Origin: Camelus dromedarius
Lineage: Eukaryota
Assembly: GCF_036321535.1 (NCBI RefSeq)
Contig: NC_087436.1
Span: 76,324,001 to 76,388,000, forward strand
Direction: 5' to 3'
Length of the DNA stretch: 64,000 bases
Below the pieces are notes generated by a model. That model saw nothing but the letters and a program-made list of their open reading frames with translations. It had not been told where the DNA came from and made no database searches. The position numbers were made by a program, and so were the translations under genes. Positions 52,413 to 64,000 of the stretch are shown here, one piece after another (position 1 is the first letter of the stretch; every line of letters starts with the position of its first letter).

Positions 52413-54125
52413 AGCCACTCAAGTGTCTTTTAAGGCGGTTTAAGCTTTAAAAAAATCACGTATTTATTCACATAAATAGAGTTGCTTGTACTCTTCATGC
52501 TATTGTGAGGATCGATATTTTCTTACCATGTTCTTTCTGCCTGTAAGATTTCCCTCAATATTTATGATACTGTGGGTCTGTTGGAAATGAATTCTTACAA
52601 CTTTTGAACATCTGAAAAGTATTTCATCTACTACTTAAAGATGTTTTCTCTGTGTATAGAATTCTTACTTTTTTTCCTTAAAAATCAGCGCCTTGAAACT
52701 TGCTCCACCGTCTTTTGGGTTGTTCCAGGTGTGAAGTTCACTGTCAAACTTATAAGACGTCTTTATAAGTTTTTTCTCTTAATCAGTGGTTTTGTCAGTT
52801 TTATGATGCTATTACTTGGTGTAGTTTTCTTCTTTTCTGTGCTTGGAGCTGAATGAGCTGCTTAGATCTCTGGGTTTATGGATTTCATCAAATTTGGAAA
52901 GCTTTGAGCCATTATTTCTGTAAATATGTTTTATTTTCTCTCTCTCCTTTGCTTTAGGGACTCCAATTAAGTACATTGGAGTTATCCCATAGTTCACTGA
53001 TTCTCTACTCATTATAATTATAATTATCTTCTTTTTCTGTGGTTCATTTTAGTTTCCATTGCTGTATCTTCATCTACTAATGTTTTCTCCTTTGTCTAAT
53101 CTGCTATTAATTTATCTAGTGTATTTTTCAACTCGTACATTGTAGTTTTCATCCCTAGAAGTTCCATTGGATTTTTAAAAATATTTAGCTTTTTGAACAC
53201 ACGGAATGGAATACACTTAATATAACTTTTAATTTCATTTTCTGCTAATTCTAACATCTGTGGCAGTTCTGGTTCAATATTGACTGATTAATTTTCTCCT
53301 TATTATGGCTTGTATTTTTCTGCTTGCCTGATAATTTTTGATTAGGTGCCAAACATTGTGAATTTTACCTGATTGGATTGCTGGTTATTTTTGTGTTCCT
53401 ATAAACCTTGAGCATTGTTTTGGGATGCAGTTAAGTTTCATGGAAACAATTTGATTCTTTTGGGTCTTGCCTTTAAGATTTGTTAGATGAAACAAGATGG
53501 TTTTTAATCTGGGGCTAATTATTCCCCTTACCTGTGATGAAATCCTTCAATGTACTCTACCCAAGGCCCATGAAAAATGAGATTTTTATAGCTAGTGGAA
53601 ATAGTCCCTGTTCCCAATTGTATGTAAATAGTGGATACTGTTAATCTTTAGTTTTTTCATTTGCTTCTCTTCCCAGCCACGTGTAGTTTCCTCACGCATA
53701 TGCACTGATCAGTATTCAACTGAATACTTAAAGGGGACTCTAAAGCTCTCCTGAGTTCTCTTCCTATGCAACTCTTTCCTTTCTAGTACCACGTCCTATA
53801 GAATCTAGCTGCCTTTGTCTCTCTGGATGCTCAGCTTCATCTCCTCACTACAGGGTTTCCACTGGGCTCCACCTGGGTTTCCCCTCCCAGGGCCATGGCC
53901 TCAAACTCACTCATGGCAATAGGCTGGGGAAGTCATAGTATTCATGCTATTTGTCTCTTGTCTCTTAGAGATCACTGTTCTTCATTGCCTGCTATCCAGC
54001 ATCTTGTAAACTGTTACATATTTTTTGACTTATGTGAACTGTTTCATGTATTTTGTCCATTTTTTAATTGTTTCAAATGAGGATAAATCTAATCTCTGTA
54101 CTCCATCTTTGCAAGAGTGGAAATC
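52413..54125 (-). mobile_element. Ancient L1 ORF1 and 5' portion; right half of the element hosting GK2
   Basis: Antisense L1 ORF1-like sequence (gggtctgttggaaatgaattc, ttcatcaaatttggaaagctttgagccattatttc). The ORF at 52812-53012 has an ORF1-like LIGVPK..ERE segment. Confidence 0.75.
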
Positions 54126-57100
54126 TACTGAATAGAAGTTTAAATTTTCAGATTGGTTGTAAAGTTGGTGAATAAATATTTATGAAATGTCCACTCAGTG
54201 AATGGCAGTTTTCTGCATTAGGCCATAGACTATATTTTTAAGGTATCTCAAGGATGAAGCTCGTTTATCCTTAGTGAAACTGACAGAACAAGATAGTACC
54301 ATAAAAATCAACAATAATATTGTTATTTTACTGTTTTAACTGGATCATATTTTCCTTTTAAGTAAGCCCTTTTAAGGAATTTTATGAAGTTAGAAAAGCA
54401 AAATTAGCAACCAGACTTAATTTGAATAGTAGGGGATTGAAATCATCAGAAGGTGGTAGTTTTTCCAAATAATATCTTTGTTAAATTTTAAAAATTTAGC
54501 CAGAGATTTTCTAAGCAAAAATTTAGAGGCAGCACTTACCAGTATGCCTGTATATCATACTGTGTTTTAATTTACATGGAACAGATTTAAAATTTTTTTA
54601 ATATTTTTTTTCTTCCCAAGTATTTGGCAGTAGTAAACATTCTATGTATAGATTAATCTACTCAAGAAAAAGATTTGACCCAAAGTTTTTTTTCTACTTC
54701 CCCTCTCCCCTACCACCCTAGTATATGCACACAAATGTTCCCAATCACATTAGTTTTTGAACCTAGGGATACTTTAAGCATTTTGTCGTTAATACAAATA
54801 ACATATATATAGTCATTAGTTCTGTTTATAAAGAACTGGTTTACAGATTACGTCCACTGTTAATAAGTTATAGCCACTAAATAATCAGATAATAAGTGTC
54901 TCTGTTTAGTTTAGAAAGAAAAGTTGACCAAATTTATTTAACTGTCTTAGAGTAATTACAAACTGTTGATGGATTTAACCGAAGCTGACTAAGTTTGTTT
55001 GTTTAAACTAAGGTTAAACTAACTCCACTATTTTTTCATTAAAAAAATTGAAAACATAAAATCTTTTGATTGTTAGTCTATAATAGCCTCACTGTATTTT
55101 AATTTAAGCACATCTGAAATAATCATTGAAACTACCTTACTTTTTAAGACATTATACTTTACAAGGAAGTTGCTTTATTTGTATTATATTCCACACAAAT
55201 GCAAATTTGTTAATTCAGTAGTTAGACAAATATACATGGGCTCTATTTTAGGCAATAATATAGCGATGCATAAAACATTCTTCCTACTGTTACATCTAAG
55301 AACAATCCTGACTAAGTTTACTTGTGTATATTGACATATCTTCCTTTGCACATCTTGTTTTAGAGAGCCATTCATTTAATTATTATTTTTCTCCTGTCAA
55401 GCCCACCAAATTATAAGTTCAATGAGGGCAGGTATTTTGGCTGTATTATTCAATCTTGTACCTTCAGCATTTAGAACCATGCCTGACCCTAAGCAGAAAC
55501 TCAAGAAATATTTATTGAATGAGTTAATGAACACCATTATATATGATTCTCACTTTAATTATCATAAAGTCAAGTTAATTTTAATTTTGATTGTTGAATG
55601 CACTATTGGTTGTTCATTTTACAATCTAATATGTTAAGGTAGATTGATGAATAGATAAAAGGATGGATAAATGAAAAACTATATGATAAAATTAGTATAG
55701 TAAAATATTAATTGTAGAATCTGTAGAATCCGTGTGATGGATAAAATGGTGTTGTTCTTTTAACTTTTCTCTAGTTTGCAAATTTTTATAACAAGATACT
55801 GAGAAAATGTAATGCAAATAAAAAGCTGCAAAACAGTTAGTAGAGATCTATTTCATACAGTTTCTTTTGTTTGGAGGGATAGTTAAAAAGAATAAAGGCG
55901 TCAATAACAAATTTATGTTAATTTGAGAGATTCTGTGGTGGCATAATCTACCTAGAGTTGTTCTCCTGAAGAAAACCATTCATTGTGAATCATTATTGTA
56001 GGAAATTTTTTTCCTGCCTTTTATAAAACTTGTACATCTTAGAAAGCCAACTGCAGGTTTAACTCCTTGGCTTTTAACAAGAAATATCAGGCATTGAAGA
56101 ATGCTGTTACTCTTTTCAATCTCTGATGAGTGGGGATCAGTTTTAGAAGTTTTGATTTCACCAAATTTATACATATCTTGTCTTGAATTTGAGAGTGTGT
56201 ACCCTGATGGTAAGGGCATTGAATTATATAGTTTGTGACTAGGAAATTTAACATTTTTTAGATTGTGTCATGACCAATGTATCATCACAGTTGGTAATCT
56301 TCAAAACAGTGATGCATTTTTCTACATGCTGTTCCCAAATGTGCTGGACCAGCTGTTGAGAGCCATGCCATCCAATCGCCTGGAAGACCTCTTCGTAGAC
56401 CACAAATCACCTAACGTACTATCCCTCTTTGTTCTAATAAAGAATGGAGAAATTAAAGCAAGCTACCGTGGTTTATTGCTCATGTTTTCTCTGTTAAGCA
56501 TGGGCTGTGGGAGTCACTGCATCCGCATTAGGAGGCCTTGGCATTCTAGGCAAGCACTCATAACAGACGAGCCAATGAGTTTAATATTCACAGCCATGAA
56601 AGTGATTGTTTGCTTGAATGCTTGAATCTTGAAATTTTTGATTGTGTATGTGTGTATGTGTGCGTTCTTTGTCATTTTCCCAGTGAAAATTGCCCTGACA
56701 CTGATCTCAATGTTAATGTATTCCTGCTTACATTTGACTTTGGAATATGTTATGGCTAATTATCATTACACAGGATGAAAGATCAGAGCCCTGAGTGAGG
56801 TGCTTGGGTTTAGGAACAAAGGGAGGCCAATTCAGCATCCTGGCTCTAGGCCCAACAATTGTAATCCAGCATCTTGAAACTGGTGGGGTCTTTGCGTCTA
56901 TTTTTTTTTTTTCCTTTTTCTCCCTCACTTTTTGAAAGGGGGTAGGGGAAGGGGGTTAAGGGTTTGAAGGGGCTGAAATTTCCCCTTGAACATGATGTCA
57001 ATATGTTGGCATGTCTCCTTTTATTAAGATGCCATCCAACTGATAACAAGTCCTGCTGTGTTTTACCAACATAAAAAATTAGACTGGAGACCGAGGAGCG

Positions 57101-57368
57101 GCAGGTGGCTTTTGGCACCAAGAAATAATCACACTTGATGTGGAAAGTAAAGTAAAAGGAGCCATCTGTTCACTGCAGGAGGACGTGAAAAATCACATTA
57201 ACATATTGTCACTAACATCATGAAATACACAGTTAATAATAAATTTAGTTATCATGGCAAGTCGTGTTGGATACTTACTCTGAAAATGCGGAATATGAAA
57301 GATGCTCTGTCTTGCCCACCCCTATCCTTTTTTTTAAAAAAAATATACGGACATTAAATCTTTCCTTG

Positions 57369-57370
<2 letters not shown>

Positions 57371-57402
<32 letters not shown>
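57371..57402. repeat. (GT)16 microsatellite
   Basis: Direct reading. Confidence 0.97.
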
Positions 57403-57404
<2 letters not shown>

Positions 57405-60400
57405 GAGTTGGGGGGAAGAAAGTGTTTAATTTTAAAGCCTGGCTGTCGTTCATTGTTGCTGACTAAGTGAGCAAAAGAATCTCTCTTGAAGATGGAATTA
57501 ATAACTTATTTGATTCTGTCCACTTACCATCCACCATATTCCTCTATTGCTTGTTACCTGGATGGAGAAAAAGAGATCTGGGAGAGAAATAGGTTATTTT
57601 GATCATGTCTCTTGCACAAGACCCAGAGCTTGCAAACCCTTCTGTGAAAGGCTTGGTTGTGGCAGATCTCTGCCTGAGAGGAGAATCAGAGTCTGTGGCT
57701 TGCTCTTGAGAGTCTAATGGGCATCTGAATCTGGCTTTAGTCAATAAAGTGTTCTGCTGCATATTGTCCTAGTGGATTTTGGGTGAGATGCCTGCACATA
57801 CTTTACAAGAGACCAAACACATTAAAGCAACTTAATGGGAAGGGTTCTTGCACTTTTTTGATATGTGTATGTTATTTACTTATGTCAACAAAATAAAGAA
57901 CCTGCGGAGGCTGGAGGTCAAACTAAACTTGGAAAAATGAGGGTTATTGCTGCTGAGTCATCATTAGAGCCATGTTTACACACCTTTTGCTGTAACCGTG
58001 TGCTGCCTAGTTTCTTGAAGTCACTGTTCACTAACACTGCAAATTTGTGACTCAAATCCACATTAGTAGTAGTATCAATATCAAAATCTCAGCCTCACTA
58101 TTTACAAAATTACAGTTATCATATACTAGAATTCTAATAAATAACTTGACCAAGAGTTATTCTCCAATTATGATCGTTGGTCTATATCTAGTCATTATCA
58201 CATTTGCCAGAGAGCAGCAATATATAGATAATTTTAAGAATACCTGTATGCAATCATGTGAGGAAAACTAGAATAAAAATCAGGATTTTAGTTTCAGCTC
58301 TGACTCTAACTAGCTTTATGATCTTTAGCAAGTCAAATTACTTCCCAGGCTCTTTTTTTCTCAGGGGTACAATTTAGGTACTCTCTAAAGGAACTTGCCC
58401 CTTTCTAACATTTATAGATTTAAGAAAATGTTGTTCAGTGAAACTTGATTTTTATTTTAAGTCAGTGGAAGAGAAATGATGTGCAAGGAGCAGTCATTTC
58501 AGTCGTATATATTTACTTATAAAATCTGATTGACCCTGGAAGGTAATATATGAATTAGGGTTGCCAGCTTTCATTCTTTAGGGTGTGATTGCATTTGGGG
58601 AGAGCTCTGTTTTGTTGGGAGTGAGATGGTGGTGGACTTTTCCTCTGTTACATATGTGACATTCTATCACTAAGGTGAACATTACTATGTATTCCTTACT
58701 TCGGTGTATACTCTGCCACCTCACTCCAGTCATCATTAAGTCTCATGAACAGAGACTTACTTTTTTTTTTTTTTTTAACTCTTTAGAAATGTTTCTTAAA
58801 AATGATACACTTCTGTTATTTCAGTTAGATGATCTAGACACAGAATCCACTTAATTTTCTCCACTAGTCTTGGATCATATCCTGGTTCATCTTCTGGACA
58901 TTCTTCCTTCTCTCCTATATCATTTCTTTTCCAAGGTAATGTCAGCTCATTTTCCTTCTTTAAGGAAACTTTTCCTGACCCTTTAACCTTAGTTTGTACT
59001 TTGTACTTACCTTTTTCAGGCAGTCACTACACTTGAGTTAATTGTTCAGTGTATGTCATCTCCGCTGGACTCATGAAAGCAGCCCCCACTTCTCTGTCAT
59101 GGTCACCAATAATACTAGGCAAACAGAGCACTTAATAAATATAATTTTATTGATAGTTGGTCACTCCAGCCAACTGTCAGGTTTTATCAGGTTTCAGAGA
59201 AAATGGAATATGTCTTTGGCATTGGCATCATCCTACATTTATGCTCAAAGTCTCAGATGAACTTTAAGACACTGTTTCGGAGGTTATCATTCCTATTGGA
59301 GGCACAGGTAGAACTGGTCACTATTTTAGGGTTCCTCTGGAGCAATTAGAATGTCTAACAGAAATCCTAGCATGGGCATCAAAACAGTTTATGGCTCTTC
59401 CAAGGCTCTTGGATTCATTTTTATAATGGTCTGAAAATATATTTCCAAAAAGTTGAACAGTGTACTTACTAAATTCTCAGTTGGTCCTGGGGCTGATCCA
59501 ATAGTCTGAATCTACCAAAGCATTTAAGTCTTACCTGGACAAACTATTCAGTAGACAGGAATCCATCATTTTACCAAATTTCATTCAGCCTGGGGGAGAC
59601 ATGTAAGTTTAATTTTATGGAGATGAAAACTGGCAGAGAAATATGTTTTATAATCCCAAGTAAGGGCTATATATCTCTTCATGTGTTACCTTGCAGTAGT
59701 GTTTAGAATGAAGAGAATTTGCCGAGTGATTACGATTTGAAATGATGAAATGAGTTACTGGTGTTCTCCCAAAAGTTATCGTCAGAACTGTTGTATGGTC
59801 ACATATATTACATGGAAACCACATGATTAACTCATTGTATGTTTAGTATTTTAATACATATTTACTGAAACATGTTTATTAGTAATAAATTATCCAGTAA
59901 TGGGAGACATACTTATTGCTCTATTGTTTTATTAACTGAAAATCTACTAGAAAACAGCCACCAGGAATGAAAATGTCTGTGATAATTACCTAAAAAGGTA
60001 GATAAAACTAGGAAATCATCATAGTGAATGATAATTATACTCTATAGGAAGTTGCCAAATGTTTACACTTAGGTTGGGAATATTTTGCCACAACGCATTA
60101 AAAATCACCTCAGACCCTTAGAGGCAGCTGTACAAACTGACAAGCATTTTCAGAATTGACAGTCCCCCTTACCCAGTAGATATTTCATTCCCTGCATGCT
60201 GGGCTTCTTTGCAGTTGTTGAAAACCAGGGCAGATGGGCACTCCATTCAGCCTGAGGGGACAGGAATAACACACTTCAGAGCACCGGGTGCCACGAGATT
60301 CCTCCTTTTCATCAGACGGCCTAATAGACCCATGGAGGCCAGGAATTCAGTCATATCCTAGAAGGTCTTGCAGGTGGTCATCATTGAAGTGCCTGGTAGA

Positions 60401-60574
60401 CTTCCTGCGGACCCCTGGGTTCACAGAGAGTGCTGAAAGTGTGGCTCTTTCACTGTGACAGCCAGGCTTTGACATGAAATAGCATATTAGAGAAACTGAT
60501 GTTCTGCAGTATGGAAAACATTCAGAGGTTGATGTCGACGAAGAATCCTGGTGTTTTTCTTTTCTCTCTTTCTG

Positions 60575-60860
60575 TCTTTATTGTGGCAAGAACACCTAAC
60601 ATGCTATCTACCTTCAGAACAGATTTTTAAGTTTGTAATACAGTATTGTTATCTTTAGGCACAATGTTGTTCCTTAGATCTCTAGAACTTACTCATCTTA
60701 AATGACTGAAATTTTGTACAGGCTGATTAGCACCTCTCCATTTTCCTCTCCCTGCAGTTCCTGGCAACCACCTTTCTATTCTTTGCTTCTGTGAGTTTGA
60801 TTGTATTTGATAACTCATACAGCTGGAATCATGCAGTATTTGTCCTTCTGTGACTGGCTG
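60575..60860 (-). mobile_element. L1 3' end fragment (L1MA-like)
   Basis: agatctctagaacttactcatctt...cctggcaaccacc...ggaatcatgcagtatttgtccttctgtgactggct. Confidence 0.85.
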
Positions 60861-61976
60861 CTTTTGCCTCTTTGTTGGCTATCTCTGCATATCCTCAGTA
60901 ATTGCATCTATCAGTAAGTACTCTTTCCTCTTTTCCCCTGAACTTTGGAGGCACGCAGTGGCTCTTGATTCAGCACTATCAATTCCTTTCTAATACCCTG
61001 CAACCTTTTTTCTCTGATTACAGTGTAAGCTACCTAAGGAGACAAGATTGCTTCAGGCATTTTATAGTCTTAGTAGTGCCTTGCACATGCGAATAATAGT
61101 CTGTAGTTTTGCTCTTCTCCTTTTACCTTCCTTCCTTCATTCATTTAAGAAATATTTACCAAGTATCAATATTTAATAATTGCTAGGATAACCTTTGGGA
61201 AACAACTGTGAACTAAACAAACACAATCCTTGTCCTTGTGAGGTTCATGGTGGATCCAACAAAAACTGAGTAAATAAAGGTAAATGGATTGCAAAGTGTA
61301 TTAAGTGTTAAAAGGGAATATAAGTCTGAGTATTACTGGGGATGTGAGAGGTGCCTGGTTTTTCTCTGTCCTGCAATTTTTCTTTCTCATTTTTATCTTA
61401 GCTATCTACTGTCCCAAGTCAAATATTCCAAATCTCTTCTTTCAGTTGGGTGTATGTCCACAGAATAAGAACTATGAAAGTTAACCACTGTTATTATTAT
61501 TTTCTCTTTCCAGTACCCCTCTCCTGTGTGTGTGTAAGCAGATTGCTTGCAAGTAAGGGAGGGGGGCATGGCTTTTCAGTGGCGAGATGCAGTATGCCTT
61601 ACCAAGTACCACACATTCAACAGATACTATGTGTAGAATAATTTTGATTAGAATTCAGAATAAGTGGGTTATATATGCCATTAGGCACCCTCCTACATAA
61701 TTTCATACATAGTTTTACATGGGAAATAAATAGACACACAGGCTTATTATGTGAATTAAGCTGAAAAAATGCATATATTACAATTGATAAGAAATTAAAT
61801 ATGGCATATGTGTTTATGGCTCAATGAGGGAACGTGATTCTTGACTCTGTATAATTACCAGTAGATCCATCAAATAATCTGCCTTTACATTTTGCAAAAG
61901 GTAGACCCTCAAGAGAACTATGTTGACAAACTGAACTTCAAAAATTAAGAGGGATGAAGAATTTACAAAGAGTTAG

Positions 61977-62149
61977 TGTGTTAGTTTGCTTAGGGCTGCC
62001 TGTGCCAAGGACTGGGTGGCTTAAACAACAGAAATTTGTTTTCTCACAGTTATGAGTCTAAGATTAAGGTATTGGCAGGGTTATTTCCTCCAAGGACTCT
62101 CTTCTTGGCTTGTAAATGGCTGTGTTCTCCTCTTTGTCTTCACGTGGTG
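61977..62149 (-). mobile_element. Partial MLT1 LTR truncated by L1
   Basis: ttagtttgcttagggctgcc...ctgggtggcttaaacaacagaaattt...tgtcttcacgtggt. Confidence 0.8.
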
Positions 62150-63771
62150 AATCACATTGATTGATTTGCAGGTATTAAAAAACCCTTGCATCCCTGAGAT
62201 AAATCCCACATGACCAAAGTGTATGACCCTTTTAATGTATTGTTGAATTCGGTTTGCTGATATTTTGTTGAGGGTTTTTGCATCTATATTCATCAGTGAC
62301 ATTGGCTTGTGATTTTTATTTTTTGTAGTGTCTTTGTCTTGTTTTAATATCAGGGTGATGCAGGCCTCATAGAATGTGTTCAGAAGTGTTCTTTCCTCTG
62401 CAAATTTAACAAGTAGTTTGAGAAGGATAGGAATTAACTCTTCTCTAAACGAATGAAATTAGAACATTCTCCAACACCATATAGAAAAATAAACTCCAAT
62501 ATAAATTATAGCAATATTTATTTGCATCTGTTTCCTAAAAAAAGTAAATAAAAGCAAAAATAAACAAATGGGACCTAATTAGACTTAAAAGCTTTCACAC
62601 AGCAAAGGAAATAATCAACAAAATGAAAATACAGCCTACTGAATGGAAGAAAATATTTGTAAATGATATGACTGATGAAGGGTTAATGTCCAACATATAT
62701 AAAACAGCTCATACAACTCAACATCAAGAAAACAAACAACCTGATTAAAAGATGAGTGGGAGAACTGGATAGACATGTTTCCAAAGAGGAAATGCAGATG
62801 GCCAACAGGCACATAAGATGCTCAACATTGCTAATCATCAGGGAAATGCAAATCAGAACCACAATGAATTATCACCTCACACCTGTCAGAATGGCTATAA
62901 TCAAAAAGAAAAGAAATAATAAACATTGGCAAGGATGTGGAGAAAAGGGAACCCTTGTACATCATTGGTGGGAATATAAATTGGTGCTGCCACTGTGTGA
63001 AACAGCACTGAGGTTTCTTAAAAAACTAAAAATAGAGCTACAATATGATCCAGCAATTCCACTTCTGGCTATATATCTGAAAAAACAAAAACAAAAACAA
63101 AAACAAAAACACTAATTCAAAAAGATACATGTACCCCAGTGTTCACAGAAGCATTATTTACAAAAGCCCAGATATTGAAACAACCTTAGTATCCATCAAC
63201 AGATGAATGGATAAAGATGATGTGGTATATAGGTATATATGTATGTATGTATATAGGTGTATGTGTGTGTGTGTATATATATACACACACATACACATAT
63301 ACACAATGAAATACTACTCAGCCATAAAAAGGAATGGAATTTTGCCATTTGCAGCAGCATTGATGAACTTGGAGGGCATTATGCTAAGTGAAGTAAGTCA
63401 GACAGAGAAAGACAATGTATGATGTCACTTATATGTGGAATGTAAAAAATACAACAAACTAGTGAATAAAATGAAAAGGAAGCAGACTCACAGATACAGA
63501 GAACAAGCTAGTGGTTACTAGTGGGGAGAGGAAATGGGAGGGGTGAGATGGGGTAAGGGAGTAACAGGTAGACACTATTAGGTATAAAATAAACTACAAG
63601 GACATATTATACAACATGGGGAATATAGCTCATATTTAATAATAACTATAAATGGAGTATAACCTTTAAAAGTTGTGAATCACTATATTATTGTACATCT
63701 GTAACTTATACAATATTGGACATCAACTATACTTCAGTTAAAAAAATAATAAGTAAATAAATTTGAAAAAA
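62150..63771 (+). mobile_element. 5'-inverted L1 (antisense RT piece 62150-62450; sense ORF2 C-terminus, 3'UTR and A-rich tail)
   Basis: ORFs give [21 protein letters not shown] (RT) and [12 protein letters not shown]...[13 protein letters not shown] (ORF2 C-terminus). Confidence 0.93.
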
Positions 63772-64000
63772 GTAGGAAACTCCTTAGAAGCCAACTGTAG
63801 AGGGACAGAAGGAAGAAGTAGTAGTAGCAGGGACAGGGATGGGATTACCTAGTGGAAGCTGGAACCATCCAGGGCCTGGAAACACTGAAGCCTCACAAGA
63901 AACACAGGGGCTGCCAGAGGTAATGCTCGAGGCAGAGAGAGAGGCGAGAATGCTCTAGTCTCTCCCCTCCTCTTAACTCTCTATTTTTCTTCCAGGGCCC

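Noticed and set aside
50715..52433. Plus-strand and alternative-frame ORFs overlapping GK2
   Set aside because: Shadow ORFs of the real CDS and its GC-rich 5' end, with no recognisable protein features.
62081..63422. ORFs with RT and ORF2 C-terminal similarity
   Set aside because: Broken L1 ORF2 fragments, not host genes.
1..64000. CRISPR arrays, tRNA/rRNA genes or prokaryotic systems
   Set aside because: Mammalian DNA with no repeat-spacer array or structured RNA gene recognised.

Overview
AT-rich, repeat-dense mammalian genomic DNA, most likely camelid. This is inferred from the style of the young L1 3' ends and LTR and from the absence of Alu, B1, Bov-tA and PRE1 SINEs. The only credible protein-coding gene is the intronless testis retrogene GK2 (glycerol kinase 2; 50534-52195, minus strand, 553 aa). 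It sits inside an ancient minus-strand L1 and has a candidate degenerate TSD. About 8 kb away is an orphan CpG island (~41960-42680) followed by well-formed plus-strand exons, suggesting a spliced non-coding RNA converging on GK2. The rest is L1, L2, MIR, MaLR/ERV LTRs, DNA transposons and microsatellites. The most unusual observations are a ~40-bp copy of GK2 coding sequence patched into the neighbouring L1, a 5'-inverted L1 carrying an apparent ~100-bp 3' transduction, an eroded ATP-binding motif in GK2, and a GK2 promoter apparently carried in with the retrocopy. I found no evidence of a wholly new biological system. Repeat family names come from recall of consensus sequences and were not checked by database search.
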